Made by a program: the position numbers and the translations under genes. A model generated the notes under the pieces. That model did not search any database. It was not told where the DNA came from and worked only from the letters and a program-made list of their open reading frames with translations. Source: Gemmatimonas sp. (lineage in GTDB: Bacteria > Gemmatimonadota > Gemmatimonadetes > Gemmatimonadales > Gemmatimonadaceae). From it: a stretch of 62,365 bases of DNA. The stretch spans positions 1 to 62,365 of the forward strand of contig JBILED010000001.1 of assembly GCA_044352305.1 (NCBI GenBank), read 5' to 3'. Below, one piece after another: positions 29,011-36,886 of this stretch. The stretch's first letter is position 1. Each line of letters opens with the position of its first letter.

Positions 29011-30104
29011 GCGCGGCGGGGGCGGCGGGGGCGGCGGTCCCGGCGCCCTGCGAGGTGAGCTGGTTTGGCGCGCTGTGCGACGACGACTACGAGTTCCTGG
29101 GGGTCCCCGATTCGCGGCTGGCGTCCAGCTGGGACCATTGCCGCGACCTGGTGCTGCGCGCGGAGCGGAACGGCTTCGACAACATCCTGCTGCCATCGGG
29201 GTACGCGCTGGGGATTGACACCACCGCGTTTGCGTCGGCCATGGCCGCGCTCACGCACCGCATCCGGCTGCTGGCGGCCGTGCGGGTGGGGGAGAGCTGG
29301 CCGCCGCAGCTGGCGCGGCAGCTGGCCACGCTGGACCAGGTGGCGGGGGGGCGGCTCACGGTGAACATCATCTCGTCGGAGATGCCCGGCGAGGTGCTGG
29401 ACGCCGAGGCGCGGTACGCGCGCACGGTGGAGGCGATGCACATCCTGCGCACGCTGCTGCGTGGCGAGCCGCTGTCGCACCGCGGGGCGTTCTGGCAGCT
29501 GGAGGTGGAGGCGCCGCGCCTCTGCCGGGAGCGGCGGCGGTGCCCGCCCTTCTACTTCGGCGGGTTGAGCGAGGGGGCGCGCGAGGCGGCGGCGCAGGGG
29601 GCCGACGTGTATCTCATGTGGCCGGACACGCTGCCGGCGGTGCGGGCGCTGGTGGGCGACCTGCGGGCGCGGGCGGCGCGCCACGGGCGCACGCTGCGCT
29701 TCGGGTACCGGGTGCACGTGGTGGTGCGGGAGACCGAGGCCGAGGCGCGCGCGGCGGCGGCGCGGCTGCTGTCGCGGCTGGACGCCGCCACCGGGGCGGC
29801 CATTCGCGCCAGGTCGCTGGACAGCCGGTCGGCCGGCGTGGCGGCGCAGGCGGCGCTGCGCGAGACGGCCGACACCGAGGGGTATGCCGAGGAGTTCCTG
29901 TGGACGGGGATCGGTCGTGCGCGCTCGGGGTGCGGGGCGGCGATTGTGGGGGACCCGGATCAGGTGCTGGGGAAGCTGCGGCAGTACCAGGCGGAGGGGA
30001 TTGAGGCGTTCATCTTGTCGGGGTATCCGCATGCGGCGGAGTGCGACCTGTTTGCGCGGCATGTGCTGCCGCGGCTGGCGCATGGGGCGTTGGCCGGGGG
30101 GTGA
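29007..30104 (+). CDS. smoC: LLM-class flavin monooxygenase, probable sulfoquinovose monooxygenase (SmoC/SquD-like)
   Basis: EVSWFGALCDDDY.FLGVPD..L.SS, NIISS, DVYLMWP, LWTGIGRARSGCGAA, FILSGYPH, recalled as characteristic of Agrobacterium SmoC. Confidence 0.82.
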   Translation: MSAAGAAGAAVPAPCEVSWFGALCDDDYEFLGVPDSRLASSWDHCRDLVLRAERNGFDNILLPSGYALGIDTTAFASAMAALTHRIRLLAAVRVGESWPPQLARQLATLDQVAGGRLTVNIISSEMPGEVLDAEARYARTVEAMHILRTLLRGEPLSHRGAFWQLEVEAPRLCRERRRCPPFYFGGLSEGAREAAAQGADVYLMWPDTLPAVRALVGDLRARAARHGRTLRFGYRVHVVVRETEAEARAAAARLLSRLDAATGAAIRARSLDSRSAGVAAQAALRETADTEGYAEEFLWTGIGRARSGCGAAIVGDPDQVLGKLRQYQAEGIEAFILSGYPHAAECDLFARHVLPRLAHGALAGG

Positions 30105-30233
30105 GGGAGGGGTGACGGGGGGGTGACGGGCGGGGTGACGAGCGGGATGTCCGCGCTGGACCCTGCGGAGGAACGAGCCTGGCCGCGACGTGACGATGGT
30201 GCGTGTCGAGTGCGGTCGTCGTACCGTGCTCCG

Positions 30234-31241
30234 ATGTCTTCGCCTCGTCTCCTCACCGTGCTTCGCGACCGGGCCGCCGTCCGGCGATTCAGCCCGCGCA
30301 CCGTCCAGGCGTACGCCCGGTGGGTGGTGGGGTACGTGCGCCACCATGGCATGCGCCACCCGGCGGAGCTGCCGGCGACCGCGGTTCGCGATTACCTCAC
30401 CCATCTTGCGGTCGACCGCCGCGTGGCGGCTTCCACGCAGAACCAGGCGCTGGCGGCGTTGCGCTTCCTGTACGGTGACGTGCTGGAGCAGCCGCTCCCG
30501 CCCATGGTCGACGTGGCCCCGGCTCGTCGGCCGCACGTGCTTCCCAACGTGCTGTCGCGGGATGCCGTCACGCGGGTGCTGGGCGCCATGCACGGGGTGC
30601 CGTGGCTGATGGCGTCGCTGCTGTACGGCTCCGGGTTGCGGTTGATGGAGTGCTGTCAGCTGCGGGTGAAGGATGTGGACCTGGATCGTCTGGAGGTCCG
30701 GGTACGTCGGGGGAAGGGTGCCCGTGACCGGGTGACGATGCTGCCGCAGTCGCTGGTGGAGCCCTTGGCCGCGCATCGGGATGCGGCCCGGGTGGCGATG
30801 CAGCGCCGCTGGGCCCGGGACCGCGGGTATGTGGCGCTGCCGTTCGCACCCGGCGCCAAGGCGGTCGGCGCCGTGCGCAACTCCGCGTGGTGCTGGCTCT
30901 TTCCCGCCACCCGCGACTCCTGGGATGCCGCCGCGCGCCAGTGGCGCACGCACCACCTGCATCCCACGGTGCTGCAGCGCGCCGTGTCGGAGGCGGGGCG
31001 CTGCGCGGGGGTGGCGCAGCGGGTCGGGTGCCACACCTTCCGGCATTCGTTCGCCACGCACCTGCTGGAGGCGGGCTACGACATCCGGACCGTCCAGGAG
31101 CTGCTGGGGCACCGCGACGTGAGCACGACGATGCTGTACACGCACGTGCTCAATCGTGGCGGGCTTGGGGTGCGGAGCCCGCTGGACCTCGACACCCCCG
31201 GCGCACGCCCCTCCCCCTTGCGGCCCCCTCGGCGCGGCTGA
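30234..31241 (+). CDS. intI: integron integrase (tyrosine recombinase)
   Basis: STQNQALAAL.FLY, LLYGSGLR..E...LRVKD, GKG..DR, IntI-specific insert (VALP...W.WLFPA...HHLH), HTFRHSFATHLL..GYDIRTVQELLGH.DVSTTM.YTHV; catalytic residues intact. Confidence 0.96.
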   Translation: MSSPRLLTVLRDRAAVRRFSPRTVQAYARWVVGYVRHHGMRHPAELPATAVRDYLTHLAVDRRVAASTQNQALAALRFLYGDVLEQPLPPMVDVAPARRPHVLPNVLSRDAVTRVLGAMHGVPWLMASLLYGSGLRLMECCQLRVKDVDLDRLEVRVRRGKGARDRVTMLPQSLVEPLAAHRDAARVAMQRRWARDRGYVALPFAPGAKAVGAVRNSAWCWLFPATRDSWDAAARQWRTHHLHPTVLQRAVSEAGRCAGVAQRVGCHTFRHSFATHLLEAGYDIRTVQELLGHRDVSTTMLYTHVLNRGGLGVRSPLDLDTPGARPSPLRPPRRG

Positions 31242-31399
31242 AGGTTAGACAGTCATCTCCGCTGTCTCACCACGGGGCGTCAGGCGACGGTCTGGGTTGC
31301 AAGGTGTTGTGGCCCTGACGGTTGCGGATCTTCGGACCGGGGAGAGCGCGTCGCGATAGACTGCGGGGCGGTGCTGGAGAATGTCCAGCAGTGCAGGGA

Positions 31400-31428
31400 T
31401 CGCCTGCAGGCTAATACTCGTTATGTGG
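31400..31428 (+). mobile_element. attI: attI site, crossover G|TTATGT at 31420/31421
   Basis: GGCTAATACTC-GTTATGTGG; GTTATGTGG is the exact reverse complement of CCACATAAC (31924-31932) ending the first cassette; no attC hairpin upstream. Confidence 0.75.
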
Positions 31429-31451
31429 ACGAGACCACCATCGGAGCAGCG

Positions 31452-31931
31452 ATGAGTCGTACTGATGAGATTGCGGTCCGGCGTCTCGGCCCCGCTGATC
31501 GACCACTCGCACAGCAGACGTTCGCGCTGATGGCGGCCGTCTTCGGTGAGGGCGGCGACGCGCTCTCCGATCAATACGTCGACGGCCTGCTGGCACGCCC
31601 CGACTTCTGGGCGCTCGTCGCGTTGGACAGCGCAGCGCCGGTCGGCGGCATCACCGCACACGTGCTGCCGATGACCCGCAACGAGGCCCGGGAACTATTC
31701 ATCTATGACCTCGCGGTCGACCCCGCCCACCAGCGCCGCGGCATCGGGCGCCGTCTGGTCGAGACGCTGTGCCGTGACGCTGCGGCCGCGGGTGTTCCAG
31801 TCGCCTTCGTTCAAGCCGATGACGAGGATGACCACGCAGTCTCGTTCTACACCGCGCTGCGCGGTGCGGCGGCGCCCGTCACCGTCTTCGACTTTGAGCA
31901 CGGACACGGAACCCGGCGCGCCGCCACATAA
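31452..31931 (+). CDS. GNAT acetyltransferase, AAC(3)-I aminoglycoside N-acetyltransferase-like (cassette 1)
   Basis: FIYDLAV...HQRRGIG..L, FVQAD..DD.AV.FYT.L, FD match the AAC(3)-I pattern; GGAG RBS; stop TAA lies within the attC R'' box. Confidence 0.8.
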   Translation: MSRTDEIAVRRLGPADRPLAQQTFALMAAVFGEGGDALSDQYVDGLLARPDFWALVALDSAAPVGGITAHVLPMTRNEARELFIYDLAVDPAHQRRGIGRRLVETLCRDAAAAGVPVAFVQADDEDDHAVSFYTALRGAAAPVTVFDFEHGHGTRRAAT

Positions 31932-32057
31932 CGACGCTTGCTGCCGACGGCCTGGCTGCGGTAGCGGGTGGGCGGCCACGCCTTCATTCTTGGGGAGTGG
32001 GGCGTGGCCGCCCACCCGCATTTCATTGAACGGCCGCAGCAGCAGCAAACGTTAGGC
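31926..32057 (+). mobile_element. attC: attC site 1 (intact)
   Basis: ACATAAC...GTTAGGC; inner inverted repeat GCGGGTGGGCGGCCACGCC / GGCGTGGCCGCCCACCCGC; L boxes GCTGCCG / GCAGCAGC. Confidence 0.9.
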
Positions 32058-32081
32058 CACTACTAGCATAGAGCTACGCGA

Positions 32082-32549
32082 ATGCAACTAAGCGTAAAAC
32101 CCAATAAATCCGTTGCGACGCGCGCCAAAGCGACATGGAACGAGCGCTCCGTAGTCGTCCGCAGCGTCGCCGTTACGGGTGTCTCGGTAGGTCTCGTATC
32201 ACTCGCTCAGGGTGTCAGCTTTTCGACTTCAGGTGGGGGAATGGTCGCAACGGCGCTTCCGATCTTTTTTGGAAGCATCTGGGGTCCAGTAACCTTCGGC
32301 GAAATCCGGCGCCTTCGTGCCAGCCCCATCCCAAGACTTGATCCCGCAGACTGGGCGCGATTGATCGCGAGTGCTGTGTTCGTAATTGCCGTTACCATCA
32401 CCAGCTTCTTGCCCCGCATGCGCCCTGGTAGTGGCTATCTGATACTAGGCGCTGCGCTCATTACCTCCGCCATTGCCGCCTTCTGGCAGCTCCCCAAGGA
32501 TGCACTGGAGAGCGCCGACACACGCGGGCCTCATGCCGACAACAATTAG
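32082..32549 (+). CDS. hypothetical membrane protein (cassette 2)
   Basis: about 4 hydrophobic segments; low GC; bounded by GTTAGGC and GCCTAAC. Confidence 0.65.
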   Translation: MQLSVKPNKSVATRAKATWNERSVVVRSVAVTGVSVGLVSLAQGVSFSTSGGGMVATALPIFFGSIWGPVTFGEIRRLRASPIPRLDPADWARLIASAVFVIAVTITSFLPRMRPGSGYLILGAALITSAIAAFWQLPKDALESADTRGPHADNN

Positions 32550-32554
32550 CCATT

Positions 32555-32662
32555 GCCTAACGGGACGCTGCTGCCACCAAGGGGTGCTTTTGATGGCGGC
32601 TGTCTCACTCCGTTCGCCTGTCGCATCGTTATGAGGCCCCGCGGCAGAGCCCAGCGTTGGAA
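32555..32662 (+). mobile_element. attC: attC site 2
   Basis: GCCTAAC-gggac-GCTGCTGCC...GGGG...CCCC-GCGGCAGAGC...GTTGGAA. Confidence 0.85.
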
Positions 32663-32784
32663 CGGCAATTCAGCCTGAGCTTAACGCTGGCCTCATGATC
32701 GACTAATCGCACGTTAATGCAACATCTATTGCCGCGTTGGCTCCAATCACGAATCCTATGTGAAACCTCTGCTCGGAGCTTACG

Positions 32785-33273
32785 ATGAGATCGCGCGCCT
32801 TGCTTGCTCTCCTGTCGGCGGGCCTAGCGTTGCCACACGTGGCGGGTGCGCAGTCCCGCCACGCCGTCGGGACCGGTTGCGCAGGCCGCACGCTTGATCC
32901 AGCCGAGCCGCCTTCACCCTCAATCGCGCAGTTGCAGGCGTGGACAGCTCAGTACTACCCGGATCTCGCGGCGAAGGCAAAGGCGCCGGCTCGCCTCGTC
33001 GTTGGCTTCATCATCAATGAGCAGTGCCGCGTTCTGAGGCACTCTGTCGGGTTCCTTCCCGAGGAGTACTCGGACGATATCGTGCTCTCACTCTTCCCCG
33101 ACGCGACGCGCGCCCGCATGCCGGCAGGGGTCGGGGATGCCGTACCGATGGATGAGCGGGGGCGAACGATGCGCGAGCGGACCCGTCTCGTGGCCGCCTG
33201 GCTGATGCAAGCGTCCTCGCGATCGTCAACGCGAGAGAAGGGACGACTCCGCGCGGACTTGCGCTCACGATGA
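32785..33273 (+). CDS. secreted hypothetical protein (cassette 3)
   Basis: GGAG RBS; signal peptide ending AGA|Q; ORF ends inside the next attC. Confidence 0.6.
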   Translation: MRSRALLALLSAGLALPHVAGAQSRHAVGTGCAGRTLDPAEPPSPSIAQLQAWTAQYYPDLAAKAKAPARLVVGFIINEQCRVLRHSVGFLPEEYSDDIVLSLFPDATRARMPAGVGDAVPMDERGRTMRERTRLVAAWLMQASSRSSTREKGRLRADLRSR

Positions 33274-33353
33274 TTGCTGCTGACGGGGCGACCATCGTGC
33301 AGTTCGGGCCTCGGCACGTGCCGGTCGCCTCGCAGCGGAACCACACGTTAGCC
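33262..33353 (+). mobile_element. attC: attC site 3 (R'' degenerate)
   Basis: CGCTCAC-gatga-TTGCTGCTGACGGGGCGACC...GGTCGCCTCGCAGCGGAA...GTTAGCC. Confidence 0.75.
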
Positions 33354-33363
33354 GGAGGACAAC

Positions 33364-33753
33364 GTGCACTTTCCGAACGCACAGGTTACCTGCTTCCTCG
33401 TCGCCGCAGTGCTCTTCATCCCGACGACGAGCCAAGCTCAGGCGTGCGCCCAGGCAATTCCGCCTCGCCATGCGTGGGAAGTACGCCAAGAGGTGGAGCT
33501 CGTGGCCTCCACGGCACGGTTCGGCCCGCGCCTGCATCGGCCGACAGATCGCGACTCGCTCCCCCCGAACATCATCGAGTTCGTGGTGGACACCGCGGGG
33601 ACGCCCGTCGCCAGTTCCTTCCGCGTGCTGCGTGTCGAGGACGCTCGGCTCGTCGACGCCGCTCGCGAGGCGCTCACCCGCTGGCGGTTCCGGCCTGCGC
33701 AAGACAGCGGGTGCCGCGTTCCGCAGGTCACGCAGTGGATACTTCGCCCCTAG
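33364..33753 (+). CDS. TonB C-terminal domain protein (cassette 4)
   Basis: GGAGG RBS with GTG start; signal peptide; FVVDT.G......V......L.DAA..A...WRFRPA...G..V. Confidence 0.75.
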   Translation: MHFPNAQVTCFLVAAVLFIPTTSQAQACAQAIPPRHAWEVRQEVELVASTARFGPRLHRPTDRDSLPPNIIEFVVDTAGTPVASSFRVLRVEDARLVDAAREALTRWRFRPAQDSGCRVPQVTQWILRP

Positions 33754-33767
33754 TGCGGCGTGCCCCC

Positions 33768-33903
33768 GGCTGACGACGCGTGCCGCCGACAGCCGCAGCG
33801 AGTGATGCAGTTGTGGGGCGCCCGCACTATTCTATGGGACAGCCTGCGGCCGTCCCACAACTGCTCCTTATGGAAGCGGCTGCAGCAGAAGCAAACACCA
33901 GAC
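33768..33903 (+). mobile_element. attC: attC site 4 (both core sites mutated)
   Basis: GGCTGAC (AAC>GAC); inner repeat GCAGTTGTGGG / CCCACAACTGC; GCAGCAGAAGCAAAC followed by ACCAGAC where GTTAGAC is expected. Confidence 0.75.
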
Positions 33904-33958
33904 CGCCGCCGGGTCCTGGTGGTGACCAGGTAGACTGCCTTCGCGCTGGAGACTCCGC

Positions 33959-34543
33959 ATGTCGCCGATCCTCGATTCCATCCGCGCTGAATACGAACGC
34001 TATCACGCGTTGGCGGAGCGCGCGCTGGCCCAAGTGCCGGATGCGATGCTGAGCGCGCCCGGTCCCAGCGGCGGGAACTCGCTGACGATCATTGCGTGGC
34101 ATCTCGCTGGGAACCTGCGCTCGCGGTTCACGTCGTTCCTGACTGAGGATGGCGAGAAACCGTGGCGCAATCGCGAGGAGGAGTTTGCCGCGCGCGTGGT
34201 GTCGCGCGAGGACCTGCACGCGCACTGGACCGCGGGATGGGCCACCCTGTACGAGGCGCTCACCACGCTGACCGATGCCGATCTGCAACGGACGGTCACC
34301 ATTCGTGGGCAACCGCTGCACGTCCACGACGCGCTGCATCGGTCGCTCGCGCATGCGAGCTACCACGTGGGCCAGCTCGTGTACTTGGCGCATGCCCACC
34401 GCGGCACGGCGTGGGAGTACCTGAGCATTCCGCCCGGGGGGTCGGCCGCCTACAACGCGGCGCCGTCGAAGGAGACCCCGGGGGCGCACATCGCGACGTT
34501 GCGGGGCCGTCCGTCCGCGGGTGCCGACGATCCGGCGGTCTAA
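33959..34543 (+). CDS. DinB-superfamily protein (DUF1572-like, cassette 5)
   Basis: NSL..I..HLAGNLRSRFT.FLTEDGEKPWRNREEEF; H..YHVGQ. Confidence 0.88.
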   Translation: MSPILDSIRAEYERYHALAERALAQVPDAMLSAPGPSGGNSLTIIAWHLAGNLRSRFTSFLTEDGEKPWRNREEEFAARVVSREDLHAHWTAGWATLYEALTTLTDADLQRTVTIRGQPLHVHDALHRSLAHASYHVGQLVYLAHAHRGTAWEYLSIPPGGSAAYNAAPSKETPGAHIATLRGRPSAGADDPAV

Positions 34544-34648
34544 CCTTGCGTTGCGCATGACGGGGCCGCGACGGATGGCGGCCTGTTCGCTGGCGGTCAC
34601 TGGCCGCAATCTATGGCAGGATCCTGCAAGCGAACGCGCTCGTCATCG
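34538..34648 (+). mobile_element. attC: attC site 5 (R' degenerate)
   Basis: GTCTAAC overlapping stop; GCGTTGCGC...GCGAACGC arms; GTCATCG in the R' position. Confidence 0.65.
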
Positions 34649-34666
34649 CGTCAACCACTCACGGCA

Positions 34667-35344
34667 ATGGCAAGGCAGTCGGGCACACTCGGAAGTCAGC
34701 GCCTGCTCCAGCGAGCGGTGAACAAGCGGCCCGAACTCCTTCGCACGGCCCTCAGGCGTGCAGGTGCGATCGGCAGGAACGTCGCCATAGAGTGGAAGTC
34801 GCCGCTTGATGCTCAAGCTGGTCGGGAGCATCACGACCTTTGCGCGTTGCGGCAGCTTGGCCTTGCGAGCGACCTGACGCTGCCGCTCAGATCCTTTTGG
34901 CCGGCAAAGGGACCGGTCTGGGATGCGCGCGCTGTTGCATCGGATGGCACGCGAGTCCTCGTCGAAGCGAAGGCGGACATTCCGGAGGTGGCGTCTCCAG
35001 CGACGGCGGCCGCGGGAGAGTCGATTTCGCATATCCAGCGATGCCTTGAGGCAGCGCGCAGGCACTACGCGCCGCGCAGCAAGGCGACCTGGACCGGCAC
35101 GTTCTACCAGTTCGCGAATCGACTGGCCTTTCAGTACTTTCTGAGGAAGGCCAACGGGCTGCCCACTCGCCTGGTATTTCTTGCCCTCACCAATGCTGCG
35201 GACGTCGATGGTCCAGCGTCGGAGGAGAAATGGCACGGCGCAACCAGGCTCCTCCATGCAGCCTTGGGACGTCCAGCCGACTTGGCGAACCATGGTGTTC
35301 ACCACGCGTTTGTAGATGCCCGACAGCCCAACGATGCAGGATAA
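34667..35344 (+). CDS. putative PD-(D/E)XK nuclease-fold protein (cassette 6)
   Basis: FWP..GPVWD...VLVEAK and FYQFANRLA motifs. Confidence 0.6.
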   Translation: MARQSGTLGSQRLLQRAVNKRPELLRTALRRAGAIGRNVAIEWKSPLDAQAGREHHDLCALRQLGLASDLTLPLRSFWPAKGPVWDARAVASDGTRVLVEAKADIPEVASPATAAAGESISHIQRCLEAARRHYAPRSKATWTGTFYQFANRLAFQYFLRKANGLPTRLVFLALTNAADVDGPASEEKWHGATRLLHAALGRPADLANHGVHHAFVDARQPNDAG

Positions 35345-35429
35345 CGATGCCTGCTGCAGCCGGGCCTTTTCGGAAGCGCGCTACGCGCGCATTTCCTCCA
35401 GAGGCCCGCTGAAGAACCCGGCGTTGGGC
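35339..35429 (+). mobile_element. attC: attC site 6
   Basis: GGATAAC-gatgc-CTGCTGCAGCCGGGCC...GGCCCGCTGAAG...GTTGGGC. Confidence 0.82.
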
Positions 35430-35456
35430 AGCACACGAACAAGCACCAGGATCCCC

Positions 35457-35849
35457 ATGACCACAGCTGAAACCACCGTCCGCGAGTTTTGGCGCCTCAT
35501 GGCTACGAACGACTTCGCCTCGGTCAAGCAGGTACTCGCCGAGAACTTCGTCCTCGAGTGGCCACAAACCAACGAATGCATACGTGGTCACGAGAAGTTC
35601 GCCCGGATGAACTCAGAGTACCCAGCGCAAGGCTCGTGGACCTTCAACATCAAGCGGTTGGTTGCCTCATCGACCGATGTCGTCACACATGTCGCCGTCA
35701 CCGACGGAAGCCAAGCCGCTGAAGCGATCTCCTTCTTCGAAGTCGCGGGCGGCAAGGTCATCCGTCTCGTCGAATACTGGCCTGAAAGCTACGCTCCACC
35801 AACCAACCGAGCGCACTTGACCGAGCCACTCCACTCAGTTGCCGCATGA
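35457..35849 (+). CDS. SnoaL/NTF2-like protein (cassette 7)
   Basis: V..FW......DF....L..NFVLEWPQT.E.IRG; GKV.R..EYW. Confidence 0.85.
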   Translation: MTTAETTVREFWRLMATNDFASVKQVLAENFVLEWPQTNECIRGHEKFARMNSEYPAQGSWTFNIKRLVASSTDVVTHVAVTDGSQAAEAISFFEVAGGKVIRLVEYWPESYAPPTNRAHLTEPLHSVAA

Positions 35850-35902
35850 TCTCGGAATCGACTTCGCAATCCTCCGAGCTTTCTCAGTAGATCCGCAGAA
35901 AC

Positions 35903-36199
35903 GTGATCCTGTCGCTTTCCTTCCACGCTATGGAGTTGGCAATCGGGGGGATGCTCGAGAGCCAGCTGTCATCGAGTCCTCGCGCGCCTGCCAAGACCGT
36001 GTGCGTGATCGGCACGGCCATTCTCATCACTGCCAGATCGGTGAGGGCCGGTATGGTTGCGATGGAGCTTCAAGAGGATGGCTCTGTCTCGTCTCGGATG
36101 AGGACGGCGGCCGGCCTGAACGCCAGTGTCGGAGTCTTGCTGCTGCCGTTCGGCGCATGGCAAGCGACTCAGTCACATCTGCGCGCGCGAAGCACATAG
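35903..36199 (+). CDS. small hydrophobic ORF or remnant within the array
   Basis: two hydrophobic stretches; ends about 45 bp before attC7. Confidence 0.3.
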   Translation: MILSLSFHAMELAIGGMLESQLSSSPRAPAKTVCVIGTAILITARSVRAGMVAMELQEDGSVSSRMRTAAGLNASVGVLLLPFGAWQATQSHLRARST

Positions 36200-36243
36200 G
36201 CGGCATGATCGAAGCCAGCTTGAAGCCCAGTCAGATCGTCGCC

Positions 36244-36369
36244 GGCGAACGGAACGTTGCTGCTGGCAGCGCGAGGCTGCGTGCGGCACGCGGTCGCCGT
36301 GCTGGCACACGGCGCCCGTCCGGCCGCACTCCAATTGAAGCGCTGCAGTGGAACGCTGAGGCGTCAGAC
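36244..36369 (+). mobile_element. attC: attC site 7 (degenerate)
   Basis: GGCGAAC-ggaac-GTTGCTGCTGGCAGCGC...GCGCTGCAGTGGAAC...GTCAGAC; inner GTGCGGC / GCCGCAC. Confidence 0.65.
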
Positions 36370-36886
36370 GGGCTCACAGACGATGGACCGACGTGATCGG
36401 TTCCGCCCTTGATCCAATCCGTACTCGGGCGCAGGCTGTGAAGTCGCAGTGGCATGCGTCGCGGCGCGCGCCCCAAGCCCGTCCGACGGGGCTGCGCTTG
36501 TCACCTGAGGACGGCCCCGACGCCCCGCCACCACGAGGGCACCTTCGGGGTGGACGGCCCTCGCACCGGCGCCTCCGATGGGTCTGGGCGGGTTCGGCGA
36601 CCCACCGCGACCGACGCGCCCGCACTGCGGACGTTGCCGGCCCGCGATCGATGACTGGCCGCCGCCCGGCCCGAGCCGCTGGCCAGGCCGGTGATCCCGC
36701 CGTATGCTCCACAGGAAATTTTCCCAGCCCGACTGCAATTCCTGACGACGTGCTCGGCGTGGAGAGCCAGAAAGCCAGACCTTGGCGCCACCGCGGTTCC
36801 AGAGTTGCACCATGGACTGCGGGGCACCCGTGTTCGGGACACGCCGCAAGTGGCTCGAACGCATCGACATTAATGGAGAATAGCAA

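Noticed and set aside
21078-31145. Very long antisense or alternate-frame ORFs (e.g. 21078-24845, 25384-29196, 28281-31145; also 3853-7398 and the 5' part of 48332-51769)
   Set aside because: Shadow ORFs of high-GC genes, rich in Arg/Pro/Gly/Ala with no motifs, overlapping well-supported genes
31244-31250. GTTAGAC right after the intI stop as the attI crossover
   Set aside because: The first cassette's R'' (CCACATAAC) matches GTTATGTGG at 31420, not this site
32679-32719. GCTTAAC...GTTAATG as an extra attC
   Set aside because: Only about 41 bp with no L boxes or inner hairpin; it may be a remnant, since the cassette 3 ends do not match
36370-36886. ORFs in the spacer after attC7 (and at 38411-38945, 45720-46130, 51770-52220)
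   Set aside because: No recognisable domain or consistent codon bias; probably decayed sequence
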